IMG/VR virus record: IMGVR_UViG_3300028832_000098
Coordinates: 81,241-145,240 of that record
Strand: one strand, 5' to 3'
Length of the DNA stretch: 64,000 bases
DNA from: a virus
Lineage: Duplodnaviria; Heunggongvirae; Uroviricota; Caudoviricetes
The notes under the pieces are model-generated. The model saw only the letters and a list, made by a program, of their open reading frames with translations, was not told the DNA's origin and did not search any database. The translations under genes and the position numbers were made by a program. Shown here piece by piece: positions 37,953 to 47,134 of this stretch (positions are counted from its first letter, which is position 1; the number at the start of each line of letters is the position of its first letter).

Positions 37953-38450
37953 TTACAATATATTTATGAGCAGCAGAATTACCGCCAAAATACTTACGCC
38001 TGCTATCGAGCATCTGATTATTCTCTTCATAAGTGCATAAGTCAGGTATGATTCCCAGTCAGGTTCATAATCGGAATTAGGAACGAAGACCATATCATAT
38101 CTTGCTATAATGGTATTGTCGTCATAATCCTTGTCATTCTCGTCGAGCATGAGAAAATACAGGTTGTCATAAGTGACATCCACATACTCGTCAAGCTTTA
38201 CGACTTTCAGCACGGCTGCGAGAGTGTTGATATTCTCCTCATACGACCTTGTGACTACCTCCTTCATATAAGGAACACGGTTTTTGGCGGTCGCTATGTT
38301 TATAGCCACAGTACACTCCCTCATTATTCTTCCGTCAGGAAGCATCTCAAAACCATATTTTGCAAGGCTCCCTTCTGCGCGTTTCCAAATTCTGCGTACG
38401 GTATTATACGTACGATATACCCTGAATGCTTTCTTTATAGATTCAACCAT
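37953..38450 (-). CDS. hypothetical protein with C-terminal TM helix
   Basis: ...CSIAGVSILAVILLLINIL. Confidence 0.4.
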   Translation of the reverse strand: MVESIKKAFRVYRTYNTVRRIWKRAEGSLAKYGFEMLPDGRIMRECTVAINIATAKNRVPYMKEVVTRSYEENINTLAAVLKVVKLDEYVDVTYDNLYFLMLDENDKDYDDNTIIARYDMVFVPNSDYEPDWESYLTYALMKRIIRCSIAGVSILAVILLLINIL

Positions 38451-38463
38451 TTTCTATCTGTTT

Positions 38464-39057
38464 TTATTTTTCGAGTTCGATTACCTTCATGTTATTCGTA
38501 TTGATGTACGGATTTCTCTCATCGGCATTTACATGTATGACAGTATGCTTTCTCTGGAACAGGCATAACGGCCAAATCCGTTTTGGATAGATTGTTTCCT
38601 TCTTGCCGTACCATACTATATACAGTTCGCTTTTCGCCGAAACCTCAGTCTGAAAATATCCAGCATCTCCGTTTATACAGAGCTTATACCACTCGTCGCC
38701 TATGCACGTATCTATGACACAGCTTTCCAAGCCGCTTATGTATATGGTGTCTCGCTTGACGAAACCGGCATCCCTGTAAACTATTTTCTCTATCGTCTTA
38801 ATCTTTATGCCGTTATTTTTCGCCATCGCCTTGATGCTGTCATACAATGACTGCTCGCTGTTCTTCAGTTCGCTTATGGTATAATTCAGGGCTATTGTCT
38901 CGTCCTTTAACGAATCATACTGCGACAATATTCCCTTGATATTCACTGCAAGCCTTTCGGATTCATTCCTATAATTAAAGTATCCGAAAAAACTTATTGC
39001 GAATGCCACGAAAAGCGCGGCTACCATTACCCTTAAAATAAAAAGTCGAGTCTGCAT
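38464..39057 (-). CDS. hypothetical membrane-anchored protein
   Basis: N-terminal TM LFILRVMVAALFVAFAISFFGYF. Confidence 0.4.
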   Translation of the reverse strand: MQTRLFILRVMVAALFVAFAISFFGYFNYRNESERLAVNIKGILSQYDSLKDETIALNYTISELKNSEQSLYDSIKAMAKNNGIKIKTIEKIVYRDAGFVKRDTIYISGLESCVIDTCIGDEWYKLCINGDAGYFQTEVSAKSELYIVWYGKKETIYPKRIWPLCLFQRKHTVIHVNADERNPYINTNNMKVIELEK

Positions 39058-39157
39058 AATATCAGTTTCTTTTATTTATGTCATTTCTGTGAACTACCTA
39101 CAAACTAAAGAATTCTATGTTCTAAATCCTATTAAAATTATTATCAATTATACGAAT

Positions 39158-40417
39158 TTATTTATAAAGTTTAGGAAGTCCGTATAGATTCTTAAACTTT
39201 ACAGGCTGGAACAACCAGCCTCTATTGACTATCTCACCTATGTAAGACTCGTCAACTACTTTTCTCATGATGTTCAGTGCTCCGTTGACATCTGCATTCA
39301 GCACTTTTCCTACGGACGACTTGAACAGTCCACGTTTGATGCGCTTCCCTAAATATGCTGCGTGTTTGCATATTTCCTCAAAAGAAAGAGCATCACACTT
39401 GCTCGTGTAACTTTCCTCATTTGTCTTGAAGACTATGCCAACTTTTTCACATTTGTACCGAAGATAATTCAGAAACCTTCTATAAGGAATGTAAACAAAA
39501 GTCTGGTTATTCTTGTGTCCAAGCTCAATGGAGTCCTTCCATTGTTCGTTGTAACCTACAACTAAGTTTCCGATTCCTTGTTTTACTAAATTATCTACAA
39601 TATGTTTACTTACCTTGTGAAATAAATCCTGTAATTTCTTATCCCTCCTTTCGTATAGTTTCGTTATCTTTCTGCTTGTATTTTTGTCTTGACTTTTCTT
39701 TACTGCCGATTTAAGTCTGGACAACTCCTTGTTGAATCCTTGGTTTATTGATTTAATCTGACATCCCGAATAAATAATCGGTTTAGTAAAGTCATTCACT
39801 AAAGTTACGAAATTAGCTACTCCTAAGTCAATTGAAGCATATCTTTCAGAATCTAATTTCAAATGAGTGTCTTGTACAGTATAAACTATCTCGCATTCAA
39901 GAACCTCCGCACGTCTCTTTGGATTTATACGTACTTGATTAAAGCTTTTCAAAAGCTCTCCATATTTTTCATATTGTGGTATATTTATGTAAGTGTTTTT
40001 GTCAAAGTACACTCTTCCGTTTTTAATAGAACAACTTTGATTTGGAAAAGTTATTTGACGGTACAACCCACGATTCCATTCAGGTGGTTGTGGAACTCCT
40101 TTGAATTTGTTAGGTTGTAATTTATACTCCTTCAACGCACTAAAATATCCCTTGTAATTCTTCTCCACTTGCATCAAGTTCTGCTGGGCAACCTGTGCTT
40201 TCAGTAACCTGTAGTTTATATCACCGTTAAGATTGACTTTTGTCTTTAGGATTTCATTGAGTCTCTTATAAGACAAAAATCCTTCACCTTTTATAAAAGA
40301 TTGTCTTTCTTCATAGATTGCCTGATTGTATAAACATTTGGAAACGGAGCACAACTGTACAAGTTTACGTCTTGTCTCAGCATTAGTATGTACTATGAAT
40401 TTATAAACGTATCGCAT
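39158..40417 (-). CDS. tnpB: TnpB / IS200-IS605 OrfB family RNA-guided nuclease (second, divergent copy; tnpB-only element)
   Basis: 419 aa. RuvC-I SIDLGVANF, RuvC-III LNADVNGALNIMRK. The canonical CxxC...CxxC zinc finger is not evident (SKCDALSFEEICKH). No tnpA remnant seen nearby. Confidence 0.85.
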   Translation of the reverse strand: MRYVYKFIVHTNAETRRKLVQLCSVSKCLYNQAIYEERQSFIKGEGFLSYKRLNEILKTKVNLNGDINYRLLKAQVAQQNLMQVEKNYKGYFSALKEYKLQPNKFKGVPQPPEWNRGLYRQITFPNQSCSIKNGRVYFDKNTYINIPQYEKYGELLKSFNQVRINPKRRAEVLECEIVYTVQDTHLKLDSERYASIDLGVANFVTLVNDFTKPIIYSGCQIKSINQGFNKELSRLKSAVKKSQDKNTSRKITKLYERRDKKLQDLFHKVSKHIVDNLVKQGIGNLVVGYNEQWKDSIELGHKNNQTFVYIPYRRFLNYLRYKCEKVGIVFKTNEESYTSKCDALSFEEICKHAAYLGKRIKRGLFKSSVGKVLNADVNGALNIMRKVVDESYIGEIVNRGWLFQPVKFKNLYGLPKLYK

Positions 40418-40586
40418 ATACTAACTTATCTCGTTTTCCAAAATCTTCTTTTAATATCTTTAATACATCTTTACTTTTCATATCTGCAAATACATAGTTT
40501 GTATTTAGAAAAGTCAAATGTTTTTACAAAAATTTATTATTTTCTATATCATATAGAAAACAACAATTTACGGTATACTTCCGATT

Positions 40587-41444
40587 TTAGCAGCATGCTA
40601 TCCAGTTTCTATAAGCTGTCGTCAAATGATTTCTGCTGGGTGCGTCGTCTCCGGCGTGAGGTATGCAGTATGTATTCGCAAACATCCTGATAAGTACTGT
40701 CACGCCTTTGTTAACGTATCCAAAAGTATAGCCGCCGAGTAACTGGCAATCTATCTTGTCACTCTCGACGGCTGCCTTATTTCCTTGTGTATATGTGCTG
40801 ATTACGTTTCGTCTTACTTCGAGCCGATTTTTTTTTTGGCCGTACTTGATGTACCTTACTACGGTGCTTTTTGCCATGCCTGATTCCGACGCAAGCTTGT
40901 TAAGCGTTATGCCGGTATCCTTATATTCTTTGCTGTCAACGCCGTATGCCTTCAGTCTCGAATCAATTTTTTTGAGGGTCTTTATATCTTTTACTTGTTC
41001 TCGCTGTTGTAGTAAGTCTTTGATGTGTTGCTTCTTGCGTATGGGATTCGTGATGATGAAATATGATAGTTCCTTTTCTACGAGTGTCAGTGTCAGTTCA
41101 TTGTCTTTCAAGTCTTCGCAAATCTTAAAGCATCTGTCGTCGTGTTTGCTGCTTACGCTGTGTATCAATAGTTTGTCGCCTGTGTCTTCGATGTATCCTT
41201 TCGTTATGCAGTTGTCAGTCCATTTCCTTGCGGCGTTGTAAGATGATTGAATGATTGTCGATATTTTCTTGTAGTTCCTTCCCGAGACGTTGTATTTGTT
41301 CGAATTCTTTTTTCCTTGTTTTCCTTTGTACGATGTATATGGTATCGAGGTATATCCTTTCTTGACAAGTATAGATACGAGAGCTATGCACATTCTCTCA
41401 GTTCTGTCTTTCAGTAAGTTAATATTGCTGTTTCTAATTTTCAT
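40587..41444 (-). CDS. hypothetical DNA-binding protein (C-terminal HTH)
   Basis: HTH-like TLNKLASESGMAKSTVVRYIKYGQ; 285 aa; adjacent to the origin-like region and tnpB. Confidence 0.4.
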   Translation of the reverse strand: MKIRNSNINLLKDRTERMCIALVSILVKKGYTSIPYTSYKGKQGKKNSNKYNVSGRNYKKISTIIQSSYNAARKWTDNCITKGYIEDTGDKLLIHSVSSKHDDRCFKICEDLKDNELTLTLVEKELSYFIITNPIRKKQHIKDLLQQREQVKDIKTLKKIDSRLKAYGVDSKEYKDTGITLNKLASESGMAKSTVVRYIKYGQKKNRLEVRRNVISTYTQGNKAAVESDKIDCQLLGGYTFGYVNKGVTVLIRMFANTYCIPHAGDDAPSRNHLTTAYRNWIACC

Positions 41445-42198
41445 TCGTTAGAATTAAATTCTCTAAGTGCAAATAAAAGCCAAAAAAATTTAAGTTGTAT
41501 GCTTTCTATCAAAAAAAAATCCCTGTTTTTCAACAGGGACCCAGAGAATTCGTTACCCAAGAGCTTGGGTTCCAATGAAAATTACAGTTACAAATATAGT
41601 ATTATTTTTTTAAGTTGTACACGTTTTCCTAAAAAATTTTATATTTTTCTGAAATTTTTTCCAATTTTATTTTTTCATATCTGATTTTTATCTATTTTTG
41701 TCCTTTTCCCCAATTCTGAAAACCGTAGTGATTTCACGAATGAAACTCTATTATATACCAGGAAATAATACTAAGAAATACTTAAAGAATTCTTAATTTT
41801 CTTTGGCTTGGGCACGTGTATGACGTGCCCGAACGCATTATGCACGTAAGTGCGTTGTGCGTTCGCCTGTGTTTATGCACGTATATCCGTGTAACGTCCG
41901 TGTCCGCGTGTGACGTACGTCATGTATGCCATATATGCACGTGTGTCATATACGTGGGTGATGTACGTCCGCGGTCGCGTCTGTGTCGTCGTGTGATGTA
42001 TATACAGATGCGAATTCAATAATTAGTCATTGGAGGATGTCTTCTGACTGACTGTTTGCCTGAAGGCTTAACACTTTTTATTTCAATTTCTTACAAAAGC
42101 CTTAGTAGGTAAACATCAGATGTTGTTAATAATTCTGTTGGAAACGTTGTTTTTTATATGTTGGTTTAAACATAAATAGAAAAAGAAAATTTGTTGGG
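41445..42198. promoter_or_regulatory. Strand-switch intergenic region: candidate replication origin and divergent promoter region
   Basis: AT-rich tract with T-runs (41580-41800). Perfect hairpins at 41520..41537, 41554..41569 and 41810..41830. Locally GC-rich 200-bp block (41810-42010) with three TTATGCACG / ATATGCACG 9-mers, which are 7/9 to the DnaA box TTATCCACA (41838, 41873, 41933). Palindrome TGACGTACGTCA at 41911. Genes diverge on both sides. Confidence 0.5.
41510..41537 (-). terminator. Perfect intrinsic terminator on the minus strand (CCCTGTT-GAAA-AACAGGG plus T9)
   Basis: 7-bp GC-containing stem, tetraloop and 9 T on the minus strand; no annotated minus-strand gene upstream of it. 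Confidence 0.5.
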
Positions 42199-42708
42199 AT
42201 GAAGTTAGAAAAGATGACGAAAGAAGAGCTCATCGATGAAGTGATTTCATTGAGGAGCAACCTGGAAAAGAAAAAGACTCTTATTAAAAGGATGAAGCGC
42301 TCTATGAAAGAGCAGTCAGCGAAGACGATAGTGCGGCAGATGTACGGCGGGGATTATGCCGACGTAGTTTTCACGGCGACAGAAAGGATACTCGGAATAT
42401 CAAGGGACAAATTTCTATGCGGCCTCAGGTCGGCGCAGTTCGTCCGCTGCAAGACCATTGCCGGATATATTCTCAGGGAAACCTCGAGTATGACGCTGTA
42501 CGAGTGCAGCGACGCCCTCAGGGTAGACCATTCAAGTGTCTGCTATTATTCAAGGGTAGTACGCCAGGCATACGACATGTACGACAAGGACAAGGTCAGC
42601 CGCACCCTCATCGATGAGATTGAGATGGTGAAGAAGGAGGTTGCGAAGATTCTTCGGGACAGAGGAAATCCGGAAACCATAAATAAGGTAGGAATAAAAA
42701 TATCTTAG
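42199..42708 (+). CDS. DnaA domain IV-like (Bac_DnaA_C) helix-turn-helix protein
   Basis: RSAQFVRCKTIAGYILRETSSMTLYECSDALRVDHSSVCYYSRVV versus DnaA-C R..VRARQIAMYLIRELT..SLPEIG..FGGRDHTTVIHA.RKI. Confidence 0.6.
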   Translation: MKLEKMTKEELIDEVISLRSNLEKKKTLIKRMKRSMKEQSAKTIVRQMYGGDYADVVFTATERILGISRDKFLCGLRSAQFVRCKTIAGYILRETSSMTLYECSDALRVDHSSVCYYSRVVRQAYDMYDKDKVSRTLIDEIEMVKKEVAKILRDRGNPETINKVGIKIS

Positions 42709-42710
42709 AA

Positions 42711-44630
42711 ATGGGAAAAAGAAATTTTAGAATGCTCCGCGAAGGCGTCGAGGAAATTGAGGCCGAAGTGCAGGAGACAGAACAGGCAGAAAATCCTCCT
42801 TATTACATAGATGCCGACGGGCAGAAAAAGGAGGTAAAGAATGTCAACGACCTTTTAAGGATGCTTAAGAATCCGAATGTGAAAGTTCGTTTCGGCGTAC
42901 AAGGCTGTTACATATCATACGCAATCATTGACGGGTCTGGCGAAGGCACGAACAAGGGAATAAACGTCAATTCGGTTGTCGGCTTCGACATAGTTGATTC
43001 CGAAAAGAAAGAAGACGGAAAAGATTTCCTTGTCTATGAACTTGAAACTGGCAAAGAGATAGAGCGTTTCGATGTCGAAGAGCTTGAAGCTGTCGACGAA
43101 GGCGACAATGCCGCATTGAGGAAAATCATAGAGAGAGGCGTGAACGCCGTGACAAAGACAGGCGTAATGACGCACAAGGCGAAGAGCAACGGCATAAAGC
43201 TTGTCCATATAACGAACTTCATGTTCCAGCACTGTGACTTCAACAAGAGGTACCGCGAGCTTAAGGACAAAGGACGTGTGACGGTGCAGGACTTCCTGAA
43301 GAATCCTGAAATGAAGAACCAGTATATGATGGACCCTTATTCAGACTGGAATTCTAACTGGAACGCCTACTGCCGTAAGAAAATGCTTACGCAGCAACAG
43401 GCTGACGACTTGCTTAAGAACATGCCTGACGACGTCTTTATTGATGTCGTTACAAGGGAATACGGCTCGAGAAAGAAACCTCTGACGAAATCGGAGATAG
43501 ACGACATATCGCAAGACCCTACAAGAATCAGAGTATATCTCGATAGCCTTGATAAAGATGAATGGGCTAAGAAAGCGAAGAACTACTGCAAATATAACGA
43601 CATATCTTCTGAGGCAGTCGAAAGGCTTTGCGACCCTGAGCAGCTTTCTCCGCAGGAATTCAAGGACATTGTCGACACGCCGAAGACAAGCGAGATGCTT
43701 CGCCTTGTATTCTATAACAAAGAAGGAGAGCGTATAATCTGGTCCGACTACGACAAAGATTTGTATTACATCTTTATCGAAGACGACGACTTCTATATGC
43801 AAATCACCCATGACACGTATAAGAAGATAAAGAGCTACTTTAAGAAAGAAGAGACTCCGAAACAGAAGGCGAACGACCTTGACAAGGCATTGTTCCAGAT
43901 GTCAGTCGACCAGAATTTCAGGAACTACACGATGGACAACATCATAATGCTGAGATTCTACTACACGCTTCCAGGCGATAACCAAAACAGGCCGCGTAAA
44001 TTCGTATACATCAATTATGACGACTTGCGCGGATTTGGTTCCGACGCGGCGAAGCTTGTCGCTCATGACGCTCTTGAAGCTCTTAGGACACAGTTCAAGA
44101 ACAAAAAGATTGAAATGACGATAGGCAAGGAGAAACCGTTCAAGATTGTCGAAGAAGGACATCTGATGACATTCAACGAATACAGAATGTTTGTAGAAGG
44201 TTCTGAATTGACGTCAGGTGGATTCGAGACATTCGACTGCAGCCCTAAATATGGTTTTGTGTTGGAGAAAGCGATGACAGACATCGAACCAAGTACAACA
44301 GTCAAGTTCTCTGAAATAAAAGACGCGTTTAAGGCTGACGACCCTAACGGCATTTACAAGATTATCGGTGCCATAGACTATTCGTCTGAATGGAAGGAAA
44401 ATTCAGCGAGCGAAGGCGATGTCACGCTTGGTGAAGACGGTGGAAACACCACGCTTCAATATACCGATAAGTCAGGCTCTACCAAATTCTTCAAGTTGTC
44501 GCCTGAGGCAGACGTCCAGTTTGACAACAAAGATTTTGCGGCAATCATAAGACTTGAAACATCTGATTCTTTCCTTGAAGTTTTCTTCGATGAGAGAAGC
44601 TATAAAAATATGTTGACCCTAATAAAATAA
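42711..44630 (+). CDS. hypothetical protein (639 aa) with an internal CTS-like motif (HLMTFNEYRMF)
   Basis: ORF; its internal motif is shared with the N-terminus of 60721..61980. Confidence 0.45.
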   Translation: MGKRNFRMLREGVEEIEAEVQETEQAENPPYYIDADGQKKEVKNVNDLLRMLKNPNVKVRFGVQGCYISYAIIDGSGEGTNKGINVNSVVGFDIVDSEKKEDGKDFLVYELETGKEIERFDVEELEAVDEGDNAALRKIIERGVNAVTKTGVMTHKAKSNGIKLVHITNFMFQHCDFNKRYRELKDKGRVTVQDFLKNPEMKNQYMMDPYSDWNSNWNAYCRKKMLTQQQADDLLKNMPDDVFIDVVTREYGSRKKPLTKSEIDDISQDPTRIRVYLDSLDKDEWAKKAKNYCKYNDISSEAVERLCDPEQLSPQEFKDIVDTPKTSEMLRLVFYNKEGERIIWSDYDKDLYYIFIEDDDFYMQITHDTYKKIKSYFKKEETPKQKANDLDKALFQMSVDQNFRNYTMDNIIMLRFYYTLPGDNQNRPRKFVYINYDDLRGFGSDAAKLVAHDALEALRTQFKNKKIEMTIGKEKPFKIVEEGHLMTFNEYRMFVEGSELTSGGFETFDCSPKYGFVLEKAMTDIEPSTTVKFSEIKDAFKADDPNGIYKIIGAIDYSSEWKENSASEGDVTLGEDGGNTTLQYTDKSGSTKFFKLSPEADVQFDNKDFAAIIRLETSDSFLEVFFDERSYKNMLTLIK

Positions 44631-44634
44631 AATC

Positions 44635-45396
44635 ATGGAAAAGTTAAAGACTTACAAGCAGTTTATCAAAGAGTCAAGTGACTTCGATTCGCAAGAAACG
44701 TATACCGGTCATTTTGTTGTTTATGACAATAAGGGAGATATTATAAGCGACTTTAAGGATACCTGCATTGCTTCAAGTGAAGAAGAGGCAGAAACAATTC
44801 TTCTTGGAAGGAACGGTACATTTTCTAAGGGACAGAACAGAGTCGTAAAGCTTTCCCGTATTGTAAAGGAAAGTCCGTTTTTGGATGAAGGCAACAGCAT
44901 TGATGAACTTGAATTTGCGAAGACCATAGGCAATAAGAATGTATATGAAAACCTTGATTCATTGTTTAACAAGTTGAGCGACCCTAAAACTCCTTCTATA
45001 ATCAGGAAAACAATCGTACCGGATATAAGTGAGTTCAGGACAGAGATACTTGATTTCGCAAGGGAAAACAATATATCTGCTGACAATATGGATTGGCTTA
45101 TCGCTGAAATAAAAGTACGCAGCCGGAAGACAGGTGTTCCTACTGAGCTGTATGTCGCTTGCTTCAAGTCTTTGCTTTCTGAGCTTGAAGACTTCAATAT
45201 AGCTGCACTTGAAAGCCTTGTCCCTGAAGATTCAATCTTCTTGACGGTAAATCCTGACAAGGAAACAGTAGATAAAATGTATGACATTATGAAGGCATTC
45301 GTAAGCGGTACATTCTCAAAAATAAACCTCATAGGCTTGCTACAAGGCAATATGGCAGTTGCTATGAAGCAATCTGGTGACCTAAAAGGTATATAA
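44635..45396 (+). CDS. hypothetical protein with CTS-like N-terminus (MEKLKTYKQFIKES)
   Basis: 253-aa ORF followed by a strong terminator. Confidence 0.5.
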   Translation: MEKLKTYKQFIKESSDFDSQETYTGHFVVYDNKGDIISDFKDTCIASSEEEAETILLGRNGTFSKGQNRVVKLSRIVKESPFLDEGNSIDELEFAKTIGNKNVYENLDSLFNKLSDPKTPSIIRKTIVPDISEFRTEILDFARENNISADNMDWLIAEIKVRSRKTGVPTELYVACFKSLLSELEDFNIAALESLVPEDSIFLTVNPDKETVDKMYDIMKAFVSGTFSKINLIGLLQGNMAVAMKQSGDLKGI

Positions 45397-45418
45397 TTTA
45401 CTGATTATCAGATAGTTC

Positions 45419-45462
45419 TAAAAATATCCCGAAGACTTGCTTAGTTTTCGGGATATTTTTTC
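45419..45462 (+). terminator. Intrinsic terminator (13-bp perfect stem AAAATATCCCGAA...TTCGGGATATTTT plus T-run)
   Basis: Seen directly; 23 nt after the 45396 stop. Confidence 0.7.
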
Positions 45463-45497
45463 AATAACCATAAATAATAACGTAATGACATAAGGAG

Positions 45498-45953
45498 ATG
45501 AAGGCATTGTTGACATTTAAAGAATTTCTTGAAAGCTTGCTCTATGTTAAGGGCAGGTTTGAATTTCCGAGTAATTACGCCAATTCTGAAAGGACTTATG
45601 TTTTTGTTATAACAGATAAAGAGGACGGCAGGCGGTATTTGGACATACCTTATATCCAATATTCGCACAAGAACCAAAATGTGAAATACCTTATAGAGAA
45701 CATATTCGAACCTGTTACTGACTATAATATCGAATATTTCCTTGATGAAGTTAATGCGGAGTTCGCTGAAGAGAAATCTGATTCAAAATACTTAGTGACA
45801 TCGTATAAGGTAAGGCACAGTGAACTCGAGACGATAACAGGAGAGCTTCCGGATATGGACAGACTTTCTGAAAGGTTCGTTTTGAAATCACATACCGGTT
45901 TCGACTGTACTCCTTTTTATGAATTATTGTCAAAGTATGATTTAATACCTTAA
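45498..45953 (+). CDS. hypothetical protein with CTS-like N-terminus (MKALLTFKEFLESL)
   Basis: 151-aa ORF. Confidence 0.45.
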   Translation: MKALLTFKEFLESLLYVKGRFEFPSNYANSERTYVFVITDKEDGRRYLDIPYIQYSHKNQNVKYLIENIFEPVTDYNIEYFLDEVNAEFAEEKSDSKYLVTSYKVRHSELETITGELPDMDRLSERFVLKSHTGFDCTPFYELLSKYDLIP

Positions 45954-45956
45954 AGT

Positions 45957-46739
45957 ATGAGTGAACTGAAGATATACAGCAAATGGCTTGAAGGCATTGA
46001 TGAAAGCAAGAGGTCTGAAAGAGTAGAGCAGCTCAAGAGGCTTGCTCCGAATATAAACATCATGTTGCAGACGATGTCGAGGCTTGGTGTATGCAAGCAG
46101 CTTATGAGGGATGTAAGGATTTCGCAGTTGTATAACGGGAAGATAGCCAACCTCAACCAAGATATAGCTGATAAGATAGATATAGAAAAGACAGCTGTCA
46201 TAAAAGATACGTTTAAGGATACAAGCAAAGCTCCTAAAGCCAAAAAACAGAAAGAGGAGGTTGTTAAGGATGAACATACTGCTGTAAAGAAGCATGAAGA
46301 TACTCAGCAGACAGCAGTAATCGAGACGCCTGTTGAAGAAGAACAGCCTACAGAAATCATAGAGCGTATAGAGCATCTTCTGATGAGGTGCATATCGAAA
46401 ATCGGATTTACGAGGCACAATGACAAGAAGAAAATCTTTATTGTCTTTTCGTCAGATGACGCTGATATTGAAAAAATGAAATCTGGAGCATTTTGCGACA
46501 TCTATATAGAAGAAGCTTGGATAATAGCAGATATTGCCTATAAGGACAGTATAACGCGTTATATCGAGGATTTTATCGGTGTTAACAAGCTTGACGACGA
46601 GAAAGAATTTTTCTTATACGACGACGGAGAGACAAAAGACCCTGACGGACATATAGCTGATTATAAGTTTTATGTCACCGAGCAGATGTATGAAAAGTCA
46701 AAGGAATATTACGATAATTTAGAACAGAATAAAAAATAA
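45957..46739 (+). CDS. hypothetical protein; N-terminal domain paralogous to residues ~150-215 of the 63112.. product
   Basis: VEQLKRLAPNINIMLQTMSRLGVCKQLMRDVRISQLYNGKIANLNQDIADKI versus VAQLTQLVPDIALRLQSVSRLGLCKQLMQDPRIYNLYGGKIANLNQDIMDRI. Confidence 0.45.
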   Translation: MSELKIYSKWLEGIDESKRSERVEQLKRLAPNINIMLQTMSRLGVCKQLMRDVRISQLYNGKIANLNQDIADKIDIEKTAVIKDTFKDTSKAPKAKKQKEEVVKDEHTAVKKHEDTQQTAVIETPVEEEQPTEIIERIEHLLMRCISKIGFTRHNDKKKIFIVFSSDDADIEKMKSGAFCDIYIEEAWIIADIAYKDSITRYIEDFIGVNKLDDEKEFFLYDDGETKDPDGHIADYKFYVTEQMYEKSKEYYDNLEQNKK

Positions 46740-46745
46740 GGTACT

Positions 46746-47117
46746 ATGGGAAACTTAAAGACTTTTAGTGAATATAGAAGAGACTATGTTACTGGAATGG
46801 AAGACCTTATGCAGCAACTGCAAGAGGCTTTGAACTCATCGTATATCAAGTTTGATATGGATTTAGATACTGAGTTTGGAATGGCGACAGTAAAAGAAGG
46901 TTCAAGCACCGCTATCATATCTTTTGCCGGCCAGGAGGCAAGTATCAATTTCCAAGATACATCTGGTACTATCAACGACGACTTTAAGGATGAGGTCAGT
47001 TCTGCCGTTGAGAAATGTCTTAATAACCTTAATATCGATTATGACGGTCCGAAGGATATTGAAGACAACACGAAATTCTTTGTGCGTGGCGTGAACTTCG
47101 ATGAGTATTATAAATAA
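46746..47117 (+). CDS. Small protein homologous to the middle domain of the protease-scaffold protein; weak CTS-like N-terminus (MGNLKTFSEY)
   Basis: SSAVEKCLNNLNIDYDGP...NTKFFVRGVNFDEYYK versus protease-scaffold NNAVEQCLNNIGANITDGP...KTYFFVSGINFNNYYM. Confidence 0.45.
   Translation: MGNLKTFSEYRRDYVTGMEDLMQQLQEALNSSYIKFDMDLDTEFGMATVKEGSSTAIISFAGQEASINFQDTSGTINDDFKDEVSSAVEKCLNNLNIDYDGPKDIEDNTKFFVRGVNFDEYYK
47109..47116 (+). promoter_or_regulatory. T4-type late promoter TATAAATA
   Basis: 19 nt upstream of the ATG at 47135. Related CATAAATA motifs precede the starts at 47912, 52087, 59216 and 60721. Confidence 0.4.
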
Positions 47118-47134
47118 TTAAAAACTTTACGACT

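Noticed and set aside
40388-40690. 100-aa plus-strand ORF upstream of the second tnpB, considered as a possible divergent tnpA
   Set aside because: Its sequence (MYYEFINVSHILTYLVF...) has no HuH/Y1 features.
40587-41444. 285-aa HTH protein as an IS607-type serine recombinase partner of TnpB
   Set aside because: A SVSSK segment is present, but the YxRVSxxxQ catalytic motif and resolvase-like domain order are not convincing. It is kept as a generic DNA-binding protein.
41555-41575. tRNA-like T-loop resemblance (TTGGGTTCCAATG)
   Set aside because: There is no acceptor or anticodon stem complementarity around it. It is a simple hairpin ACCCAAG-AGC-CTTGGGT, and no tRNA was called anywhere in the window.
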